Part shown: piece after piece, positions 12,626-20,780 of the stretch
How the letters are laid out: each line of letters starts with the position of its first letter
Position numbering within the stretch: position 1 is the first letter of the stretch
Assembly (NCBI GenBank): GCA_964565305.1
Contig: CAZMEF010000001.1
Coordinates: 363-44,711, forward strand
DNA length: 44,349 nucleotides
Reading direction: 5' to 3'
Origin: an uncultured Eubacteriales bacterium
GTDB lineage: Bacteria; Bacillota; Sulfobacillia; Fermentithermobacillales; Fermentithermobacillaceae
Made by a program: the position numbers and the translations under genes
The notes under the pieces: model-generated
The model's input: only the letters and a program-made list of their open reading frames with translations
What the model was told of the DNA's origin: nothing
The model's database searches: none

Positions 12626-14177
12626 GGCATTTTCCTCCACTTCGGCCGAACGCCTGAAGAGCATAGCCGCCTTCTACGGTTTGCAAACGACTTGCGATCT
12701 CGCCGCTAAGGTAGCCTCGCATCTGGTCGTTCCCGCAAACGTCTTGGTGGCCATGAACGGGCTCAACAGCGAAGAGATCTTGGCGCTCCGCCTCATCACC
12801 ATCGCTGCCGGGGGACAAGGAGTAGTAGTGGAACAATGCCACCAGAAGCTGAACCAACTTTCTAGAAAATGGCGCAGGAACGGTGCAAAGGTTATCGAGG
12901 CGCTCATTTCTAGAGGGCTGGTGTTCACACGCCGGGAGGGGTACAGGCACATCTACTTTGTGGCCTCCGACCTTCGGGGTTTCTTGGCCGATTACTTCCT
13001 GTCCGAGATCTATAGATCCGCCGTCGTGGACAGCGCCCGGTTCGCGCCGAGGCGACGACATGACGGAGCGATGCCGCTACGCCATATGTGCCTTTTCCTG
13101 TCGTACCTTCGCAAGAACGAGGTCAAGCTCACTCAATCGGGCAACATGTTCAAGAAATCTCAGACGGAGATATCCGCCTTGATCGAGGAAGAGGCGGCGC
13201 CGCTTGACGAAGCGCTGTTCCCCGTGAGGTATCCCCCTAGGCTCGCGTTCCTTCTCTACTTCGGGAAATCCAAAAGCCTCGTTGAAGAGCGAGGGGGAGC
13301 ACTGGTCCTCGGTCAGAAAGCCTATCCTTGGATAGAGGCCCCCTATGAATCTTGGCGCCAGGACCTTTTCGACTACTGGCGGCAAACCTTCATCGCCCAG
13401 GACAGTGATCTCCAGACCCTCCTTTGGATTGTGATGATGGCCCCGAAGGACAATATCCTTTCGTTGGAATCGCTGCTGGCCGAGATGGACACCTTGTCCA
13501 CCAGCCACTCGTCCCATGGGCTGAACCTTCGGGTAGAACGCAGTCTCGTTGATTTCCTGGAGTATCTGGGCGGACTCGAAGTGGCCTCCTCGATAAACGG
13601 CCTTTTCATAAGGCCGACCGATATGGGAAGGGTTATGTTCAATCCGGGGGCCTCCTGGCCGGATGAAACCTTTGACGAAAGCGTCTACGTCCAGGCCAAT
13701 TTTGAGGTGCTCGTGCCGTGCTCTGTGGGACCGCGCGTCATTTGGGCGATCGACGCGTTCGCGGAACTGCTCAAGTCAGATCAGATGATGGTCTTTAAGC
13801 TTACACGAAATTCTGTCTACAGGGCCTTGGTGTTATCCTACACCCCCGAAACCATAAAGGCGTTCCTTGAGTCCCACTGTAAGAGCCCCGTGCCCCAAAA
13901 CGTCTCCTATTCCATATCCCATTGGGGGACATCCTACGGACGGTTGGAGTTCGAAGAGGCTATCCTTCTGAAATGCGACACGGCGGAATTGGCGGACGAG
14001 CTTCTGCTCTCTCCCAGGATCCGGCCTCACTTGCAGGGAAAAGTCGGACCCCGGCACCTCGTCGTGAATAGGACGTCATACGACCAATTGATCGCGGCTC
14101 TGGCCGATGAGGGATACATGCCGAAAGTTGATGGCAGCTCGCGTGTCCGTCGAGAGATCGCCGGACAACCCGACTAG
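12612..14177 (+). CDS. XPB-associated protein whose C-terminal domain resembles p52/Tfb2 and the XPB N-terminal domain
   Basis: 521 aa. The GTG start lies 14 nt inside the XPB 3' end, with GGAGG about 9 nt upstream. The C-terminal 150 aa (VQANFEVLV...FKLTRNSVYRAL..SYTPETIKAFLESH....VPQNVSYSISHW) aligns by eye with the XPB N-terminal domain and with the eukaryotic p52/Tfb2 pattern. No NTPase or nuclease motifs were seen. Confidence 0.6.
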   Translation: MNLYEAFSSTSAERLKSIAAFYGLQTTCDLAAKVASHLVVPANVLVAMNGLNSEEILALRLITIAAGGQGVVVEQCHQKLNQLSRKWRRNGAKVIEALISRGLVFTRREGYRHIYFVASDLRGFLADYFLSEIYRSAVVDSARFAPRRRHDGAMPLRHMCLFLSYLRKNEVKLTQSGNMFKKSQTEISALIEEEAAPLDEALFPVRYPPRLAFLLYFGKSKSLVEERGGALVLGQKAYPWIEAPYESWRQDLFDYWRQTFIAQDSDLQTLLWIVMMAPKDNILSLESLLAEMDTLSTSHSSHGLNLRVERSLVDFLEYLGGLEVASSINGLFIRPTDMGRVMFNPGASWPDETFDESVYVQANFEVLVPCSVGPRVIWAIDAFAELLKSDQMMVFKLTRNSVYRALVLSYTPETIKAFLESHCKSPVPQNVSYSISHWGTSYGRLEFEEAILLKCDTAELADELLLSPRIRPHLQGKVGPRHLVVNRTSYDQLIAALADEGYMPKVDGSSRVRREIAGQPD

Positions 14178-14186
14178 GGGCGCATA

Positions 14187-14618
14187 CTACAGGTCCCTGA
14201 CGGGACGGGCAAGCGGAAGGTAACGCCCCGCCTTGTTTGCGGCTTTGTCGTACCTGTTGAGCCAGAAGAACGATAAACCCAATCCGGCCAGTCCCGCGAC
14301 GGTCCCCCACAATGTGGGATTGCCAATCCCTCGCCCCAGAAGCCATCCGGCGCCGAAAGCCAAGAACGCGATTATGACAGGCATGAGGTAGACCAGGAAC
14401 GAAATTCGCAGGTAATCTTCGTTATCCATCTCGAGTTCAACAGTTTCCCCCGGTGAAACGTCCCCGAGAGGGACGGCTTCCACTATCAGATCATCGTTGT
14501 CCCCGAAAGCGATATGGGCATGAGAGCATTTTTGACAGTTGTCGCATGCCGCCGTCCGCTTCACGGAAACGGTGATCCTGCCATCGCCGACCGAGACCAC
14601 CCGACCCAATTCCCTCAC
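14187..14618 (-). CDS. RseC/MucC-family (SoxR-reducing system) membrane protein
   Basis: 143 aa. N-terminal beta domain with the Cys motif CDNCQKCSHAH, followed by two TM helices (ISFLVYLMPVIIAFLAF, WGTVAGLAGLGLSFFWL). GTG start with GGAGG 8 nt upstream, 16 nt after the rodA stop. Confidence 0.7.
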   Translation of the reverse strand: MRELGRVVSVGDGRITVSVKRTAACDNCQKCSHAHIAFGDNDDLIVEAVPLGDVSPGETVELEMDNEDYLRISFLVYLMPVIIAFLAFGAGWLLGRGIGNPTLWGTVAGLAGLGLSFFWLNRYDKAANKAGRYLPLARPVRDL

Positions 14619-14634
14619 TGTTCCGCCTCCGAAT

Positions 14635-15702
14635 CTAGAACAGAATCTTATGCCTGCTCCATCCTACATTGAGGACAAGGCCCAGGGCAAATGAGTCAAC
14701 CAGGAGCGCGGAGCCGCCGTAGCTCAAAAACGGAAGCGGCATCCCGGTGACAGGCATGATCCCCATGGTCATTCCCAAGTTCACGAACAAGTGAAAAGCG
14801 AACATAGTTAGTATCCCACCGGCCACAAGAGTCCCCTCCCTATCGGACGCGTTTGCGGCTATGACAAGGCATCTTAACAAAATAACAGCGTAGAGACCCA
14901 GCACCAAGAGGGTCTTGACGAATCCCAGTTCTTCTCCCACAACCGAGAAGATGAAATCGGTGTGTTGTTCCGGTATGAAATCCAGCTTGTTCTGAGTGCC
15001 TTTCCCGAGACCCTTGCCCCACGTTCCCCCCGAACCTATCGCGATCTTCGACTGCAAAACTTGATACCCCGTCCCAAGCGGGTCCTCGTGAGGATTAAAG
15101 AGTGACGTTAGGCGCTTGACCTGATAATCCTCTAGCGGCAAAGGCAACCCGGCGTAGCGGTTAAGCAGCAGCAACACCGCTATCGCCAGTACCGCCAGGA
15201 AGACCAACTTCATGACCGAAACGCCCGAAACGCCCCCGAAGTAGAGCATCCCAGTGCATATGGCGAGGAGCACCAAGGCGGTACCGAGGTCAGGCTGTTT
15301 CATGATCAAAAGAAGGGGCGGGACGAAGGTCACGTAGAAGAACGCGAGTTCCCATATCCTTTGCGGAACCTCATCGGATCTGGTAAGCAGCCAAGCGCCG
15401 AACAACACCGCCGAGACCTTCGCGACCTCTGACGGTTGTAGCGGAAAAAGGCCCAAGTCGATCCAGCGGGTCGCGCCCCCCACGGTAGTGCCAACAAACA
15501 ACACGAGTACCAAGAGACCGACCGTAACCCCGAAGATCCACGGCGAGATGCTCACCATGTCCCTGTAGTTTATGAAGGTTCCCAAGGCCAAAGCGACCAA
15601 TGACAGCCCCATAAGTACCAGCTGTTTCTTGACCCAATAATGACCGTCGGAGCCGTGTGTCGCGCTATCGATCAGCGGAAGAGAAAGGGCGTCCAACAAC
15701 AA
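14635..15702 (-). CDS. rodA: SEDS-family peptidoglycan glycosyltransferase RodA (start uncertain)
   Basis: Multi-TM protein with FtsW/RodA signatures (QPSE.AK, DFIFSVVGEELGF, PLPFLSYGGSALL). It sits downstream of mrdA/minCDE. The conserved N-terminal RRIDVYLVVAV continues upstream of the TTG at 15702 without an ATG/GTG/TTG codon. Confidence 0.85.
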   Translation of the reverse strand: MLLDALSLPLIDSATHGSDGHYWVKKQLVLMGLSLVALALGTFINYRDMVSISPWIFGVTVGLLVLVLFVGTTVGGATRWIDLGLFPLQPSEVAKVSAVLFGAWLLTRSDEVPQRIWELAFFYVTFVPPLLLIMKQPDLGTALVLLAICTGMLYFGGVSGVSVMKLVFLAVLAIAVLLLLNRYAGLPLPLEDYQVKRLTSLFNPHEDPLGTGYQVLQSKIAIGSGGTWGKGLGKGTQNKLDFIPEQHTDFIFSVVGEELGFVKTLLVLGLYAVILLRCLVIAANASDREGTLVAGGILTMFAFHLFVNLGMTMGIMPVTGMPLPFLSYGGSALLVDSFALGLVLNVGWSRHKILF

Positions 15703-15748
15703 GACGGCGACGACAAGATATACGTCGATCCGCCGGACGACTCTTCTT

Positions 15749-16033
15749 TCAATACGAACGCTGGGCAGTTCTATCGTTGTAGACTGCTCCCCTCTTCACG
15801 GATATGATCGGTATGTTGGCCACGAGGGCGCTTCTCTTTTCGATGACTTTCCAGTCGAACTCGATCCCGGACCGGTCTATCTCTACGTATTTGGAAATAG
15901 CCACTATAACATCGTCTCGCATCTGCTCCATCGTCTGCGGAGACAGCGAGAGACGGTCTTGCATCAATACCACACGTAATCTGTCTTTGGCCACATCCTT
16001 GGTCGCTTTTTTCCGACCAAACCAGTTCAACAC
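15749..16033 (-). CDS. minE: Cell division topological specificity factor MinE
   Basis: 94 aa. LNWFGRKKATKDVAKDRLRVVLMQDR is the MinE membrane-targeting/MinD-binding N-terminus. Confidence 0.9.
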   Translation of the reverse strand: MLNWFGRKKATKDVAKDRLRVVLMQDRLSLSPQTMEQMRDDVIVAISKYVEIDRSGIEFDWKVIEKRSALVANIPIISVKRGAVYNDRTAQRSY

Positions 16034-16044
16034 GGCTATCCCCC

Positions 16045-16854
16045 CTAACCCAGCCCTACGATCTTCTTGAGCTTGTCCCAGACGCTTTGCTTCTCCGCCA
16101 GATCCATGAAGGGCACTTCCTCTCCCCTAATCCTTCTGGCGATATTCCGAAACGCCTGCCCCGCCCGGGATTCCTGCGATAACGCCGCGGGCTCGCCGCG
16201 GTTAGTGGAGACAACTATGTACTCATCATCGGGCACAACGCCTATGAGTTCGATGGCAAGTATGTCCAGAATGTCAGGTATATCCATCATATCGCCCCGG
16301 GCGACCATTCTCGGCTTGACCCTGTTGACCAACAACTGAGGCCTCTCAAAACCCGCCGCCTCCAAAAGGCCTGTGATCCTGTCGGCGTCCCTCACGGCCG
16401 AGATCTCGGGCGTGGTGACGATGATCGCCTTATCGGCTCCGGCGATGGCGTTCTTAAAGCCCTGTTCTATCCCCGCGGCGCAGTCGATCAAAACGTAGTC
16501 ATGATCTTCCCTAAGGCCGTCCATGAGCTCTTTCATCTGCTCAGGCGTGACCGCGTTCTTATCCTTTGTCTGGGCAGCGGGCAAAAGGAACAACCCGTTG
16601 ATCCGCTTGTCCTTTATTAGCGCCTGCCTAAGCCGGCAATAGCCCTCTACCACGTCCACCAAATCGTAGACTATCCGGTTTTCGAGGCCCATGACCACAT
16701 CCAGGTTACGAAGGCCAATATCGGCGTCCACCATGACTACCTTGGCGCCGGACACGGCAAGCGCAACTCCCAGGTTGGCGCATGCCGTGGTCTTGCCAAC
16801 TCCTCCTTTGCCGGACGTGATCACAATGGTCTCACTCAATGCTATCCCTCCCAT
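16045..16854 (-). CDS. minD: Septum site-determining ATPase MinD
   Basis: Deviant Walker A SGKGGVGKTT, with a C-terminal amphipathic helix. A TTG at 16839 with GGGAGGG 6 nt upstream is an equally plausible start. Confidence 0.95.
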   Translation of the reverse strand: MGGIALSETIVITSGKGGVGKTTACANLGVALAVSGAKVVMVDADIGLRNLDVVMGLENRIVYDLVDVVEGYCRLRQALIKDKRINGLFLLPAAQTKDKNAVTPEQMKELMDGLREDHDYVLIDCAAGIEQGFKNAIAGADKAIIVTTPEISAVRDADRITGLLEAAGFERPQLLVNRVKPRMVARGDMMDIPDILDILAIELIGVVPDDEYIVVSTNRGEPAALSQESRAGQAFRNIARRIRGEEVPFMDLAEKQSVWDKLKKIVGLG

Positions 16855-17567
16855 CGGGTGCCTTCTAGAGGCTCGACAACGATTCTTCCGTCTTTCAACC
16901 TGGCCACTTCGGGCCCGTGACCCCCCACCCGATCATCCTCCGGGGGCCGCCCTATGGTGTCGGCTATCCTTATCTGGGTCGGAGAAAGGCTAAAAGCGAC
17001 TATTGCAGAGGACGGATCGCCGCTTGATCCGGCGTGTGCCAGCCCTCGTAAAGATCCCATTACAACGATGTCTCCTGTAGCCCGGATTTCTGCTCCTGGG
17101 TTAACCTCCCCCACGATGACGACGTTTCCCTGATGCAAGATCCTTTGGCCTGAACGAAGGGTGCCCCTATGCAGCAACGTCTCGGGCGCCCACGACGAAC
17201 TCTCAGCCTGCCTAGGCACCTCTTTTGGCGGCTCAACCCTCACGGGAACAGGCTGTCCTCCGGCATCGGGCTTTCTTTGCTTTCGTGGTCCGGGGCTTTT
17301 GCCCGTCCCGGGCCCTTTGTTCACTACTTGCCTGATCTTCAACCCGTAAGGATTCGCCAGGATTTGCTGGACTTCCAAGACCTGTTCCAGCGAATAGACC
17401 GCGTCCTGGGTATCAAGAATGACGTCTGAGCCCTGGAAAAAGAACTCCGCGCTCTTCAGACGCTCGCGAAGCAAGTCCTTCAAGGACTCGAAGTCCTGCG
17501 TTGGATCCAAAATGAGGTGAAGGCCGCCTTTCACGCCCTTCCACGTAATCGATTGTTTATCTGACAT
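16842..17567 (-). CDS. minC: Septum site-determining protein MinC
   Basis: 241 aa. N-terminal domain, Pro-rich linker, and a C-terminal beta-helix (GNVVIVGEVNPGAEIRATGDIVVMG.LRG.A.AG). The minCDE order is conserved. Confidence 0.85.
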   Translation of the reverse strand: MSDKQSITWKGVKGGLHLILDPTQDFESLKDLLRERLKSAEFFFQGSDVILDTQDAVYSLEQVLEVQQILANPYGLKIRQVVNKGPGTGKSPGPRKQRKPDAGGQPVPVRVEPPKEVPRQAESSSWAPETLLHRGTLRSGQRILHQGNVVIVGEVNPGAEIRATGDIVVMGSLRGLAHAGSSGDPSSAIVAFSLSPTQIRIADTIGRPPEDDRVGGHGPEVARLKDGRIVVEPLEGTRWEG

Positions 17568-17586
17568 GATTTCGCCCTCGCCCCTT

Positions 17587-19425
17587 TCAAAAAGGAGTTT
17601 CCGGTGGAGCGGGCAACCGGTCGGCGAAGTACGAATTTATGGCAGCCCTGGCGATCGGCGCTGCGACCGCACCGCCGCCGCCGCCCTGGTCCACGACAAC
17701 AGACACGGCAATCTCCGGCTCTTCGTACGGGGCGAACCCGACGAACCACGCGTGACTCTCTCCCGAAGGATTCTCTGCTGTGCCCGTTTTCCCTGCCGTC
17801 TCGAAGGGCAGATCCCAAAATGAAGCATATGCTGTGCCTTCAGGCGACGAAGTTGCGGCCCTCATTCCTCTTGTGACGATATCCAACACCCAATCTTCTA
17901 CTTCAAGAACGCTTGCGACTTCCGGAGGAAATAGAGCGACGGTCTCCCCCGCGGAGTCTACTATCTTCTCAGCGAGGCGGGGGCGCATTCTGGTGCCGCC
18001 GTTGGCTATAGCTTGGACGACGGAGGCCATCTGGATGGGGGTATCGAGGTGGAAAGCCTGGCCCATGGCCGCCATCATGTGTTCCGCGTAAAGGACCTGT
18101 GGTTCGGCGACCCGGCCTTCCTCGTAGGCCTTGGCTTTCCATTCTGTGCTCGGCACCGTTCCGTAGTTTTCGCCAAACAAGTCCACTCCCGTCTTCGATC
18201 CCAATCCTAAAACGGTCGCGTACTCCGCCATTCTATCTACGCCGAGCCGCCGGCCCATCTCGTAAAAGAAGACGTTGCAGGACCTTGCCAAGGCGCTGAC
18301 TATGTTCAAAGAACCGTGGCCCCCCCAGACGTTGCATGGGAGAGAGGGCACCATGGGGTGGTAACCCGGATCGTAAACCTTCTCTTCGGGGGTGACGACG
18401 CCTTCCGCCAAGGCGGCGATGGCGGATACGATCTTGTATGACGAGCCGGGGGGATACATCCCGGTGATGGCCAGATTGGAGAACCTCCAACTGCCGGTAT
18501 CGAGCAGCATGTTGAGTTCTGCCTGGGTGATGCCTGTGACAAGTTTGTTCGCGTCAAACCCGGGAACCGAAACCATGGCCAAGACCCCCCCGGTCTTGAC
18601 ATCGAGCACGACGGCGGACGCGGATTTCGCCTTAGGATGCTCGGCTAAAGCGCCCATGCACGCCTCTTCGAGGGCTTCTTGGAGGCTGGCCTTAAGGTTA
18701 AGATAGACATCGTACCCCGGAACGGGCTCAATTCCTTCGCCGACATGGCCGGTGGGGCGTCCTCTGTAGTCGACTTCGACCTGGTATCCGCCGCTTTGCC
18801 CTCGCAAGTACTTTTCGTAGTACGATTCCAGCCCTTGTTGCCCGACGGTGTCCCCCATCTTGTAACCGGCCCACTCGGACGCTTTCAGTTGTTCGGCCGT
18901 GATTTCAGATACGTAACCCAAGGTCGCCGAGGCGAGACCTCCTCCGGTGTAATACCTTATAGGCTCCGCCTCGATGAAAACGCCCGGGAGGTTCGGAGCG
19001 TCTTCAACGATCGACGTGTACTGGTCCGGAGCGATGTCTTTGGCTATAGGGATAGGCTCGAAGTACCTTCCGGCGTAGTTTTTCACTTTTTCTTCTACCA
19101 CCGCCGGGTCGATACCTAAGATCCCGCACAACCGCGGTAGCGTCTCCTCGGCTTTCTTCGCGTCAAGGTACCAGTAGAAGACCGAGAACGAAGGTCTCGA
19201 CGTCACAAGAGTCCGGCCGTCCGCATCGATGATGTCGCCCCGAGGCGCGGGAATAGGGGTAATTCTCATGTAATTTTGTTCGGATTGAAGGAGATAACGC
19301 TCCCCGTTCAAGACCTGCAAATCGAAAAGCCGGCCCGCCACGACCACAAATAGCAGGCAAATAAAGGCCAGAGATGTGTTGTGTCGCGAACGCAACTCAT
19401 TTGGAGTCAAGTTGCTCAAGCCCAC
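17587..19425 (-). CDS. mrdA: Penicillin-binding protein 2 (elongasome transpeptidase)
   Basis: 612 aa. N-terminal TM, then the SxxK (PGSSYK), SxN (SCN) and KTG (GKTGTAE) motifs. It lies between mreD and minC. Confidence 0.9.
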   Translation of the reverse strand: MGLSNLTPNELRSRHNTSLAFICLLFVVVAGRLFDLQVLNGERYLLQSEQNYMRITPIPAPRGDIIDADGRTLVTSRPSFSVFYWYLDAKKAEETLPRLCGILGIDPAVVEEKVKNYAGRYFEPIPIAKDIAPDQYTSIVEDAPNLPGVFIEAEPIRYYTGGGLASATLGYVSEITAEQLKASEWAGYKMGDTVGQQGLESYYEKYLRGQSGGYQVEVDYRGRPTGHVGEGIEPVPGYDVYLNLKASLQEALEEACMGALAEHPKAKSASAVVLDVKTGGVLAMVSVPGFDANKLVTGITQAELNMLLDTGSWRFSNLAITGMYPPGSSYKIVSAIAALAEGVVTPEEKVYDPGYHPMVPSLPCNVWGGHGSLNIVSALARSCNVFFYEMGRRLGVDRMAEYATVLGLGSKTGVDLFGENYGTVPSTEWKAKAYEEGRVAEPQVLYAEHMMAAMGQAFHLDTPIQMASVVQAIANGGTRMRPRLAEKIVDSAGETVALFPPEVASVLEVEDWVLDIVTRGMRAATSSPEGTAYASFWDLPFETAGKTGTAENPSGESHAWFVGFAPYEEPEIAVSVVVDQGGGGGAVAAPIARAAINSYFADRLPAPPETPF

Positions 19426-19946
19426 ATCCTCCTATCAGGCCTCTCGTCTCCCGGCGCTACGGTAAGCAGGGCCGCGGCAGCCTTCTTGAGACCGTAGGAG
19501 ATAGGCGTGGTTAAGAAAAAGGACCAACCGGCCGAATTCAACAACACCCTTTGAAGGTGTGCGGTGCCCACTACTATGCCCTTGGCTCTTAGTAGACCGT
19601 AGCAGACCGCGTCTCCCGCCACGACGGAAACGAACGTTATGAGGGCCCGCGAAAAGAACGCGTCGGGGTTTAGAAAACGCCTGAGAGCCGAAGCCGAAAG
19701 CGCGGCTATCCCAAGCGACACTCCCCTCACCCCGAAAGCGCGCGTAACCGTCAGATCTTCCACAAGCCCAACAAAGAACCCGGCGGGTCCAGACACCCAC
19801 GGGCCGCACAACAACCCCAACCCCACCGCGAGGATCATGAGGAGGTCCGGCCGGTCAACGGCAGGAAAAGACGCGAACTCCACCGCCTTTAGGACGGGTG
19901 CAAGCAGGAGTGACACGATTACAGTATAAAACTCGCGCCTTGTCAT
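19416..19946 (-). CDS. mreD: Rod shape-determining protein MreD
   Basis: 176-aa polytopic membrane protein immediately after mreC (4-nt overlap). Confidence 0.75.
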   Translation of the reverse strand: MTRREFYTVIVSLLLAPVLKAVEFASFPAVDRPDLLMILAVGLGLLCGPWVSGPAGFFVGLVEDLTVTRAFGVRGVSLGIAALSASALRRFLNPDAFFSRALITFVSVVAGDAVCYGLLRAKGIVVGTAHLQRVLLNSAGWSFFLTTPISYGLKKAAAALLTVAPGDERPDRRMWA

Positions 19947-20755
19947 TGGATGATCACCATTACCTCTTCCAGATGCTCCAAGTCGGTGGCCGGAACGACC
20001 AGAGCCTCCTTGACAAGCCCGGGCTTTGGGGAGTAGACGGATGTCACCTCGCCCACGAGGATCCCGGAAGGATATTTGCTGCCAACTCCAGACGTCAGGA
20101 CTTTATCGCCCGGCCGTATGCTTGCTTCCTTGGAAAAGAGGCTCAGCGTCAGGCTCTCGTTACCGCTATTGCCGAGGAGGACGCCATAATCTCTTGAGCG
20201 TTCCACCATGGCGCCCACGCCGCTTTCCGGGTCCGTTATGAGCAGAACTGTGGAAGTGTGGTCCAAGACCGAGGTGATTCTGCCGACAAGCCCGCTTCGC
20301 GAAACGACAGCGCTGTCTATTGTTATCCCGTCCAGGGCCCCTTTGGATATGCCGACGGTTGAAAACCACTTGGACGGGTTCCGCCCTATGACCTTCGCCA
20401 CTTCGTACGTTCCAGGAAACTCGTCGACAAACCCCAGAAGCTCGTGAAGGCGGGCGTTCTCCTTCTCCAGTTCGCCGACCTTGGCCTCCAAAGAAGCAAG
20501 ATACTCCAGTTCTTTGGTCAAACGGTCGTTCTCCGACTGCAGATAAGCCTTATCGGAAAAAGCGGTCCTCCAGGAATCATAACGCTCTCTCGCCCTGCCC
20601 ACCGCGCTCACGACCGGACCGGCTATTTTATAGAGAAGCGTTTCCCAGAAAGAAGGGCCCTCCGCGGGCTTACCGGTAAGGTTCATGAGAGAGACAGAGG
20701 CGGCAACCAATAGCAGGAGCGCAATGGTCTTTTTGTAGGGAAATTGCCGCCTCAA
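19943..20755 (-). CDS. mreC: Rod shape-determining protein MreC
   Basis: 270 aa. N-terminal TM, coiled-coil (ENDRLTKELEYLASLEAKVGELEKENARL), and beta-barrel domains (GLVGRITSV, PSGILVGEVTSV). Confidence 0.85.
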   Translation of the reverse strand: MRRQFPYKKTIALLLLVAASVSLMNLTGKPAEGPSFWETLLYKIAGPVVSAVGRARERYDSWRTAFSDKAYLQSENDRLTKELEYLASLEAKVGELEKENARLHELLGFVDEFPGTYEVAKVIGRNPSKWFSTVGISKGALDGITIDSAVVSRSGLVGRITSVLDHTSTVLLITDPESGVGAMVERSRDYGVLLGNSGNESLTLSLFSKEASIRPGDKVLTSGVGSKYPSGILVGEVTSVYSPKPGLVKEALVVPATDLEHLEEVMVIIQ

Positions 20756-20780
20756 ACCTCTCCACCCTTTTCACCGGAAG

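Noticed and set aside
12612-14177. Possibility that the XPB-adjacent gene is a Bax1-type nuclease, as in archaea
   Set aside because: No nuclease-type acidic/lysine catalytic motif is visible, and the C-terminal domain instead matches the XPB-NTD/p52 pattern.
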